Notes: generated from the letters alone by a model not told the origin. A stretch of 24,000 nt of DNA from Pseudomaricurvus alcaniphilus (GCF_011440395.1 NZ_JAAOIX010000001.1:866680-890679), one strand, 5' to 3'. Positions 8,559-15,509 are shown, numbered from the stretch's first letter. Made by a program: numbers and translations.

Positions 8559-8577
8559 GCTTTATTATGTGTCATAA
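8533..8577. promoter_or_regulatory. Candidate operator: inverted repeat TTATGA(TA)CACATA - 19 nt - TATGTGTCATAA overlapping the paaA promoter
   Basis: The arms at 8533-8546 and 8566-8577 are complementary except for a 2-nt TA indel. The left arm fills the -35/-10 spacer and the -35 hexamer lies between the arms. Confidence 0.5.
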
Positions 8578-8797
8578 ATAGGCAGTTTTGGTTGAGCGCA
8601 CTCCTGGCTAAATCGAGTGTGACGGGTTCACCAAGCCCGAACAAGTAAACCCTGTGCCGACTCCAGCCTCGTTATCAAACCACTCTCCGAGCACATAACC
8701 CCTGAGTTTTCTTCGGCATCAGCAAAGTATCCTTGCGTTAATTCGAAATCGCTATATACAAGATAAGCATTTATTCCGGATGTTATAAAAATACGAA

Positions 8798-9367
8798 CTA
8801 GTGGAGCTGGTCGTTAATTGCATATATGACATGGATACTCAGGAGAAATACGGTAACCGGGACAAACTTGTTTAGTTGCCGAACAATGGCTGGCGGATTG
8901 CTTTTACTGTATTCACTGGAGGTGTGAAGCGCGGCAACAAATTTTGTCAGCCACAAGTAAATAACGGTGACTCCAAGTGAACCCAGCAGCCATGCGAGAA
9001 CAGTGCTTTTGGCCCAGTAGTCCTGCTGGAACACAAAAATCATTACCGCCATAGGTGGTTCAAGAAATAACAGCCCTCTGTCCAGGCCGGAAAGGAGCCC
9101 GGTATCGTTTGGATCCGGTTTCAGGAAGAGGTAGCCGCTACCGAGATAGATCCAGAAAACCGAGAATATGGCCAGAATACAGGCTGAGACAGTATGACCG
9201 GCCTGGATGGCCAATATTAAACATACACAATGGGGGAGCGCGCCACAAAGCAGAAGGAGCAGCCCGCCGAATTTTGGTGGCAGCATTTTCATGGATAGCC
9301 CGATAAAAATACCACAGACCAGATAGATGCTGGTTAGCGCCAAAAGAATAACGTTAAAATCATGCAT
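8798..9367 (-). CDS. Hypothetical integral membrane protein with about 6 predicted TM helices
   Basis: The 189 aa ORF has six hydrophobic stretches of about 20 residues. It lies between the PaaI-like gene and the paaA promoter. I recognise no family motif, and its GC content looks lower than its neighbours. Confidence 0.6.
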   Translation of the reverse strand: MHDFNVILLALTSIYLVCGIFIGLSMKMLPPKFGGLLLLLCGALPHCVCLILAIQAGHTVSACILAIFSVFWIYLGSGYLFLKPDPNDTGLLSGLDRGLLFLEPPMAVMIFVFQQDYWAKSTVLAWLLGSLGVTVIYLWLTKFVAALHTSSEYSKSNPPAIVRQLNKFVPVTVFLLSIHVIYAINDQLH

Positions 9368-9396
9368 AAAGGTGTTGCCCTTAACTAATTAAAAAT

Positions 9397-9849
9397 TTAT
9401 TTATTCATGGGTATGATGACATTGGTCGCGCTGGCCGATGCTATGTGTTTGCCCGCCTCGTCATGCAGGTCCGCATGGGAAAACGAAATGGTGCGCCCCT
9501 TGCGAATAACCCTGGCTGTGCCGACATAGACTCCCGCCGGTGCCGGACGCAGGAATTCGACATTAAGATTCGTGGTGCCAATGGAGTAGCCTTCATCCAG
9601 GTCGGCAAGCAGTAAGACGGCCATGGTGAAATCCAGCATGCCCGCAACGATACCGCCTTGAACTACCCCGCCGCCGTGGAGAAAACGTTCATCGGTGACA
9701 AAGGACAGACGCGCTTCCATCGCATCCATATCCAGCGCATCGATGGTCGAGGTGAGTAATTCGGCGATGGGCGACGCCCGAAATTCCACCGGAAACACCT
9801 GCTCATCAACAACTTTGCGTAACTCGCGTTGAAATAAATCGTATGCCAT
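9397..9849 (-). CDS. paaI: PaaI-family hotdog-fold acyl-CoA thioesterase
   Basis: GGAGG lies 6 nt upstream of the ATG. The motif HGGGVVQGGIVAGMLD is typical of the PaaI/TIGR00369 thioesterase family. The 150 aa length and the paa context fit. Confidence 0.8.
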   Translation of the reverse strand: MAYDLFQRELRKVVDEQVFPVEFRASPIAELLTSTIDALDMDAMEARLSFVTDERFLHGGGVVQGGIVAGMLDFTMAVLLLADLDEGYSIGTTNLNVEFLRPAPAGVYVGTARVIRKGRTISFSHADLHDEAGKHIASASATNVIIPMNK

Positions 9850-10004
9850 TGTGCGCCTCCTTACAGGGGCCTGAATATGTTTGCCGAAATCGGTTGCCAG
9901 TTTAGGTAACGCAAAGCGACCCGCTGGTTAGAACAATAACAACAGCGCTGGCGGTGAGAATGCCCTATTGTCCTGGTTTGGCCTGGCTTGGGCAGGCACT
10001 ATGC

Positions 10005-10076
10005 CACGGTTACCCTGTATGTCACGGTCACCTTGTATGTCACGGTTACCTTGTACACCACGGTTATCTTGCGTAG
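10005..10076. repeat. Four contiguous copies of an 18-bp tandem repeat (CACGGTTACCTTGTATGT consensus)
   Basis: The units are 10005-10022, 10023-10040, 10041-10058 and 10059-10076, degenerating toward the last. Each contains a GGTNACC palindrome. The last unit covers the acylase stop codon and its final 3 full codons, plus part of a fourth. Confidence 0.9.
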
Positions 10077-12580
10077 CGTAAAGTGACAGCAGCTTCCGTC
10101 ATCTGCTCGACCTGAGCACGGCTAAAGGGCAATGGCTTGTGTTCAAAGCGCTGATAGAGCTCCATCTGATCGGCGTAGTGCGGGCTTCTGGAGCCGTCGG
10201 GTGCAATAAACCCGCTCTGTCCCGGAGGAGCCACATCGGAACCCTCGATGTGCGAGCCGCGGGCGATAAAGAGATTGTTTTCCGTACCCCGATTCATCAC
10301 CACCGGTAACGACATTTCGTTGTCTACCGTGGTCTGGCGCACCCCACGAAAGTTGTTAACACCAAAAACAAGCGGATGCGGCTTGACCCGCCAGGCCGCT
10401 ATATCCGTGCCGTGCTCAGTTTGCAGTTGCGCCAGCGCAGCAGTGAAGGTTTCAACCAATAGCTGGGCCGGGTCCTGGCCGTTAAAGAAATCGAAGCCGC
10501 TGATCTCCCCGTTCCGGTGTTGATCCAGGATGCGCACTAAAGCCTTGGTTCCCGGCGATGCGCCCACCGCTCCGGTGATCCTGCCGGTGGGATAGCCCGG
10601 CGAGGCGAAACGGAAAAAGAACTTATCGCCGATATCGTCGGCAAATACTCGGGCTAGCAACCGCTTGAGCCAGGCCTCCATGATCGCCGGCCCGGCGCTG
10701 TCGAAGTAGCCATCGGCGTCCTTATCCCACCAGTATTTGTCCCAGCCCTGCAGTTCAGCCAACCCGGCGCTGGTGAGCGCAGACTGCTTTGCCCCGGCCA
10801 GGGCGTCAGTCAAGTAGGGCAACAAATAGGCGACATTGACATCGGCATAGGAGGTGCGGCTGTTGATGTCCCATACCTGCTCAGCTGTCAGGCTTTGTCG
10901 GGCTACCAGCTCGTCGATGATGGTATCGGCGCGATCCACCCTGCCCCAGTTTTTCCACCACATATCGATAGCGCGCCAACCCCGCGCCGGCCGATTATTC
11001 CAGTTCTGGATATAACCCTGCTCGGGGTTGTAGACGTAGGGATTGCTTTCGAAGGGCAGCCAGCCCTGCCAGTCCATGGAGCCATCGCCCTTGGCCGGGA
11101 ACCGACTGTCGTGCTGGGCGTGGCGCAGCGGATACTTGCCGCCGTGGGTGTAGCCAATATTGCCCTCGCTATCGATATAGTAAAAGTTGATATTGATGGC
11201 AATACGCGCAACATAGTTACGCCACTGGGAGAAGTTTTTCGCCTTCGGCATGTCCACCCACGCCATCATGGTCTCCAGTTCGTGGTCTTCCCAGGCGCGC
11301 TTCTTGCTAAAGGCAACGCCCTTGGCACTGTCGTGCAGAATCACCGGCCCATGCACACTGCGATAAAACGTGACACTGGTGGGCTGCTGCCCTTTGACCG
11401 GAATTTGTTCGTCACGCCGCTCAAAAAACCGATAGCTGCCCTGGTACAGGTATTGATCTGGGTTTTCAGGATTCAGTTGCAGCTCGAAGATATCGACCTG
11501 GTCGCCATATCCCGCGGTGCTGCCCCAGCCGATAGAGTTATTGTGCGCAAACAACACCGCGGGATAGGCCAACATGGTGTTACCCACCACGTCCCAGTCT
11601 GCACCGTGCAGGCCGACGCCGTACACATAGGAAGGGTTGATCCAGCCAAACTGCGGGCCGTTTACCAGCACCGCCTTGGCATCCCGGGCCTTGTGCTTAT
11701 TCACCAGCCACACATTGCTGGTGGTGGGAAATCCGGCCGTGCCGGAATTACCCGATAGCGCATAGTGCTTGTTCAGATAGGCACTCCGCTCTTCGTCACT
11801 CGCGATAGCCAGGTGTCCGCCACTGGCATCCATGGCAAGCCGTACCGGCGGGTTAATGTCCCGGTCGGTTAGATAGGAGGGTGGATTGGTGGGGTTTTGC
11901 CTGTTGCCAGATTGCAAGCTGCTGTCATCGGGCACCGTAGTCGGTGAGTCGCTATCGTAGAGCGGCTGCACCGTATTGACGATCTTCCAGGCTTCGTCGT
12001 CGGTATAACGGGTGCGGAGATTCTGGTAGAAGGCCAGGTTATTGAGCTCCTCATTGAAATCCGCATAGCGGTGGGCCATGCTGCCCGCAAAGATCATTGC
12101 CACTTCATAGGCGGTGAGCCTGGAAGGCATGAATCCGTAATCCAGGAATTCTTTCGGCATCAGCTTCTCGGGACGCTTGTTCACTTCCGCCAGCCAGCTG
12201 TTATAACCTGCAGCGTAACCCTCCAGCACATCGCGATGCTCCTCACTGAGCGCCGCCATCTGCCGACGAATGGAATCAGGATCAAAGCCCTGGCGCACCT
12301 GCTTATCGACCTCGACAAAGTCTGCGCCCAATACCTCGGCCGCTGTACCCGTCACCGTCCGTTTGGTCATTTCCATCTGGAACAAGCGGTCCTGCGCCAC
12401 AGCGTAGCCGTAGCCGTAAAACACGCCAAAATTATCTTCGGCATAGATATGGGGTACGCCGTAACTGTCACGCTTGATGGTCACTTCCCCTGCACCTTTG
12501 CCGGGTAGTGAATTTACAGTGCAACCGGCCAGAATGAGGCACATTAAGCTGGCAACCAGCCACCGGGATCGTGCATGCAT
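10064..12580 (-). CDS. pac: Penicillin G acylase-type Ntn-hydrolase (penicillin amidase family), predicted lipoprotein
   Basis: AAGGAG lies 8 nt upstream of the ATG. The lipobox is LILAG|C. The alpha chain block is DSYGVPHIYAEDNFGVFYGYGYAVAQDRLFQMEM. The beta chain begins SNVWLV (nucleophile Ser), followed by NGPQFGW and NWNN. It is collinear over its whole length with my recollection of E. coli PGA. Confidence 0.92.
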   Translation of the reverse strand: MHARSRWLVASLMCLILAGCTVNSLPGKGAGEVTIKRDSYGVPHIYAEDNFGVFYGYGYAVAQDRLFQMEMTKRTVTGTAAEVLGADFVEVDKQVRQGFDPDSIRRQMAALSEEHRDVLEGYAAGYNSWLAEVNKRPEKLMPKEFLDYGFMPSRLTAYEVAMIFAGSMAHRYADFNEELNNLAFYQNLRTRYTDDEAWKIVNTVQPLYDSDSPTTVPDDSSLQSGNRQNPTNPPSYLTDRDINPPVRLAMDASGGHLAIASDEERSAYLNKHYALSGNSGTAGFPTTSNVWLVNKHKARDAKAVLVNGPQFGWINPSYVYGVGLHGADWDVVGNTMLAYPAVLFAHNNSIGWGSTAGYGDQVDIFELQLNPENPDQYLYQGSYRFFERRDEQIPVKGQQPTSVTFYRSVHGPVILHDSAKGVAFSKKRAWEDHELETMMAWVDMPKAKNFSQWRNYVARIAININFYYIDSEGNIGYTHGGKYPLRHAQHDSRFPAKGDGSMDWQGWLPFESNPYVYNPEQGYIQNWNNRPARGWRAIDMWWKNWGRVDRADTIIDELVARQSLTAEQVWDINSRTSYADVNVAYLLPYLTDALAGAKQSALTSAGLAELQGWDKYWWDKDADGYFDSAGPAIMEAWLKRLLARVFADDIGDKFFFRFASPGYPTGRITGAVGASPGTKALVRILDQHRNGEISGFDFFNGQDPAQLLVETFTAALAQLQTEHGTDIAAWRVKPHPLVFGVNNFRGVRQTTVDNEMSLPVVMNRGTENNLFIARGSHIEGSDVAPPGQSGFIAPDGSRSPHYADQMELYQRFEHKPLPFSRAQVEQMTEAAVTLRYAR

Positions 12581-12607
12581 GATCGGTACTCCTTACGTTA
12601 GGCACGG

Positions 12608-12635
12608 AAAAAAAGGGTGCATGTAAAATGCACCC
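12608..12635 (-). terminator. Rho-independent terminator between the TonB-dependent receptor gene and the acylase gene
   Basis: The minus strand reads GGGTGCAT-TTTAC-ATGCACCC followed by TTTTTTT. It lies 27 nt after the receptor stop and 27 nt before the acylase ATG. Confidence 0.8.
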
Positions 12636-12662
12636 ATCGAGCTTATCCGTTCAGTTGAACAG

Positions 12663-14885
12663 CTAGTAGTTCTGCCAGGTTACTGACACACCGTAGGTGG
12701 CAGGCGCGCCCCATACACCAACAGCGGAGCCGGCGAAGTTATAGGCATGGGAGATGTATTCCTCGTCGGACAGGTTTTTGCCCCACAATGCTACCAGCCA
12801 TTTCTCATCGCTGGACTGCCAGGCGATCCGCCCGTTCCAGAGCCCAAACTCCTCTATTACAACGTCCTCGTTGAGATAGTCACCAACCTGTTCATCGCTG
12901 TAGGCGTAGTCGAGACGGAATTTCAAGTTGCCCGATTCGATCGGATACTCGTAATTCACAGTAGCGGTAAAGGTATTCTCAGGCGCCTGGCGCAGCGCAC
13001 CACCTGATGCGTCGACGTTGCCAAGGTTGAAATCCTTGGTTTCCGTATCGAGGTAGGCGTAGTTACCGGACAGCTGCAGGTTGTCAGTGACCGCCCAAAT
13101 CGCCTCCATTTCCAGCCCTTTGATCTCCGCTTCACCCAGATTGACTGTGGTGAAGAATTCGTTGGGGTTACCCGACCCCGGAATAACACCAAAGCGAACC
13201 GCCTGCAGGTCCGTATAGTCCATGTAGTAAGCGGTGAGGTTAAGCCGCACGGTATGGTCAAAGAAGTCGCCTTTCATACCGACTTCGTAGTTGATCACCT
13301 CTTCCGGATCAACCGCTGCATGGGCTAATTTAATCGGGGGGATATTGGGAAAGCCGCCGCTCTTGAAGCCCTTGGCGATGCTGCCGAAGATCATCACATC
13401 ATCAGTGACTCGGTAATCCACGGCAACCTTGGGCGATACATCCTCCCAGCTTTCATCGGCTGTGCTGAAAAAGCTCTCTGCCATAAAGAAGGTTCCGGCC
13501 GAGACGCCATTACAAATGGCCATACTTTGCGCGGCGACGAACGGATCCGTGATTGTCGCCGGATCGTCTGCACAGCGGATATTCAATGCAGTCACATCCT
13601 TTTTATCACGGGTAAAGCGCAAGCCCAAATGCAGCGACAGCTCGTTGGTCAGGGCCCAACTGGCCTGTCCATAGGCGGCAAAGCTCTCTGTTTCGTTGGT
13701 TGCGAAGTGCGTAGATCGCGCAGTTTCGAGCAGCGGTGGGCCGGCAGAGAAAACCCGAAAGGATTCCGAGCGGTCGGTCTCTTCCTGCAGATAATAGAGG
13801 CCCGCGACGAAGTTAAAATCCCCATCGAGCTGTGACGTCCAGCGCAGCTCCTGGCTTAACTGGTCAGTCTGTTCCTGAATATCATCGAGCAGATCGGCAT
13901 CCGCGCCAAACACACCCGCGATTCCCGATGAGGCCATCTGCCAGTCAGTTTCCGACTCGCGCCAGGCGGTAATGGAAGTCAGGGTGCCGCTGCCCAAATC
14001 GAAATTGACACTCAGGTTGGCGCCCTGGGCGTCTCTTTTGGACCCGCCTTCGATCGGGGTGGCTACCTTGTGAGGATTGGCTCGTCCGGAGCCTTGCGCT
14101 TCGGCCAGCGCATTCAGGGGGCCGGCGAAGGGTGTACGCCCCATATCCTCAGATTCCTCGTCCATGAAATCTGCGGAGAATATTACCTCAGTGTTGTTGG
14201 ATGCATGCCAGAGCAGCTGAACACGCCCCGAATCCTTATTCGCATCAGCCTGGTCCTTGTTCAGCGCCACGTTTCGTACATAGCCATCGTGCTCATTGTG
14301 GCTAAAGGAGACTTTGCCCAGCAGGTTTTCCGCCAAGGCGCCACTCACCAGCCCCTCGTACTTCATGTGACCCTCATTTCCAACCGAAACCGTACCCTTA
14401 ACGGTCAGGTCTTCGGTGGGCTTGGAGGTAACAATGTTGATCGCACCACCGATGGCATTGCGGCCAAACAGGGTTCCCTGGGGGCCTCGCAGTATCTCAA
14501 TGCGCTCCAGGTCGTAAAGATCAAAGTTAATATTGGAGGGGCGGCCAATGTACACCCCGTCCAGAAAAGCCGTCACGGAGTTATCCATTCCCGGCCCGTC
14601 GTCCGCCGATGTAATTCCCCGCAGTGATATCAGCGCCTGTCCCGGCGCGAACTCAGCGTAGGACATGCCAGGCGCATACAGCGCTACTTCTGTTGCGCCG
14701 CGAATATCGGCCTCTTCCATCATTTCGCCCGCCATAGCTGTTACTGAAACCGGGACGTCCTGTAGATTCTCTTCACGGTGCTGTGCGGTTACTATTATTT
14801 CCTCAATGGCCGCCATGGTGGGCGCGGCAATTGTCGCTGCTGCAATCCCGGAGATAGCCAGATTCAGAATCGATCGCTTGAGCAT
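12663..14885 (-). CDS. TonB-dependent outer-membrane receptor
   Basis: The signal peptide is MLKRSILNLAISGIAAATIAAPTMA. The plug-domain start is EEIIVTAQHREENLQDVPVSVTA. It has a beta-barrel-type sequence with a C-terminal aromatic residue (..TWQNY). I moved the start to the ATG at 14885, which has GGAG 6 nt upstream; the ORF track begins at the TTG at 14897. Confidence 0.92.
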   Translation of the reverse strand: MLKRSILNLAISGIAAATIAAPTMAAIEEIIVTAQHREENLQDVPVSVTAMAGEMMEEADIRGATEVALYAPGMSYAEFAPGQALISLRGITSADDGPGMDNSVTAFLDGVYIGRPSNINFDLYDLERIEILRGPQGTLFGRNAIGGAINIVTSKPTEDLTVKGTVSVGNEGHMKYEGLVSGALAENLLGKVSFSHNEHDGYVRNVALNKDQADANKDSGRVQLLWHASNNTEVIFSADFMDEESEDMGRTPFAGPLNALAEAQGSGRANPHKVATPIEGGSKRDAQGANLSVNFDLGSGTLTSITAWRESETDWQMASSGIAGVFGADADLLDDIQEQTDQLSQELRWTSQLDGDFNFVAGLYYLQEETDRSESFRVFSAGPPLLETARSTHFATNETESFAAYGQASWALTNELSLHLGLRFTRDKKDVTALNIRCADDPATITDPFVAAQSMAICNGVSAGTFFMAESFFSTADESWEDVSPKVAVDYRVTDDVMIFGSIAKGFKSGGFPNIPPIKLAHAAVDPEEVINYEVGMKGDFFDHTVRLNLTAYYMDYTDLQAVRFGVIPGSGNPNEFFTTVNLGEAEIKGLEMEAIWAVTDNLQLSGNYAYLDTETKDFNLGNVDASGGALRQAPENTFTATVNYEYPIESGNLKFRLDYAYSDEQVGDYLNEDVVIEEFGLWNGRIAWQSSDEKWLVALWGKNLSDEEYISHAYNFAGSAVGVWGAPATYGVSVTWQNY

Positions 14886-14941
14886 GTTGGTCTCCAATTT
14901 ATTTTATTAGTCTTAGCTGCCAAACAGTTTTGTCAGAACGT

Positions 14942-14975
14942 GACACAATTAATTAAGTGCACACCATTATTGTGT
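14942..14975. promoter_or_regulatory. Candidate operator upstream of the TonB-dependent receptor gene: GTGACACAAT - N19 - ATTGTGTAACAC
   Basis: It has the same ACACA-N23-TGTGT geometry as the sites upstream of paaA and paaF. Its near edge lies 57 nt upstream of the receptor ATG at 14885, in an AT-rich leader. Confidence 0.45.
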
Positions 14976-15216
14976 AACACTTTTTAAGAGATGTCCAACC
15001 TATTCTATCGGGCGCCTGTCCGCAACCTGCCCATGCTTGTTTTAAGGTCATTGCTGTGCAGACAGGAACCCATAGATTTCAAGAACTTACTGAATTGAGG
15101 GAGGCGGAACCGGCACCTGTGGGGGATAAAAAAATGAGATTCTTTACGGCGCCTATCTGAAAATTATTCTTAAAATTATAGTTGTAACTTGATACCAGGC
15201 TGAACAGCCTGGCGCG

Positions 15217-15286
15217 CATTCAAAGGTATGCACTTAAAGGTTAGGAATCAAACGTGAGGAATCAAAGGTTAGCACTCAAAGTGCCA
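15217..15286. repeat. Five contiguous degenerate copies of a 14-bp tandem repeat (consensus about GAATCAAAGGTTAG)
   Basis: The units are cattcaaaggtatg, cacttaaaggttag, gaatcaaacgtgag, gaatcaaaggttag and cactcaaagtgcca. They match the consensus at 9-12 of 14 positions. The period is not a multiple of 3, and the array lies in a 625-bp non-coding spacer. Confidence 0.75.
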
Positions 15287-15509
15287 CTCGATCGAGTCGC
15301 AGAGTTCACTATCCGCTTCCTTGATGTGGCGCACTATGGCAGCTGATAAATGAATCAACTCCAATGGCTCGGCAGCACGGAAAGCCCACCAGTAGCGGCA
15401 CAATCCGTGCCTTGACTTTATTTTCCAGGCGTCATGTCATGTTGATGCCCGCGACGCCGCGCCGTGTTCAAACACGGCAGAAACGGTTGTTTCGACAAGC
15501 CTCTACGGG

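Noticed and set aside
8581-8797. A moderately GC-rich 220-bp stretch between the 6-TM gene and the paaA promoter, checked for a small gene or an RNA.
   Set aside because: I could find no ORF with a start and RBS, no convincing hairpin or terminator, and no repeat.
10005-10076. The 18-bp repeat array considered as a possible CRISPR array.
   Set aside because: The units are directly contiguous with no spacers, there are only 4 copies of 18 bp, and no cas genes lie nearby. It is a simple tandem repeat.
15134-15160. An 8-codon mini-ORF, MRFFTAPI, with a GGGGGA Shine-Dalgarno-like element and two adjacent Phe codons. It was considered as a Phe-sensing leader peptide.
   Set aside because: It lies on the plus strand while all neighbouring genes are on the minus strand. 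No terminator/antiterminator structure follows it and there is no downstream plus-strand gene for over 3 kb.
15245-15272. TTTGATTCCT x2 (minus strand) considered as PaaX-type operators, because the E. coli PaaX consensus contains TGATTC.
   Set aside because: Only the 6-bp core matches and the flanking consensus positions mostly disagree. The sites are part of the 14-bp tandem repeat and lie more than 330 bp from the nearest start codon.
15060-15300. Several GGA/AGGA motifs on the plus strand (caGGAac, gaGGGAggcGGAac, ggGGAt, taGGAat, gaGGAat). These were considered as a CsrB/RsmY-like CsrA-sponging sRNA.
   Set aside because: There are only about 7 motifs and they are not obviously presented in hairpin loops. 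I see no GacA-box-like palindrome upstream and no intrinsic terminator downstream. The evidence is insufficient without expression data.
15283-15420. A higher-GC stretch whose minus-strand frame is open for about 49 codons (..LELIHLSAAIVRHIKEADSELCDSIEWHFEC*). It was considered as a small gene or a gene remnant.
   Set aside because: It has no ATG start, only weak TTG or GTG options, no RBS and no recognisable family motif. It may be a decayed fragment, but this cannot be supported from sequence alone.
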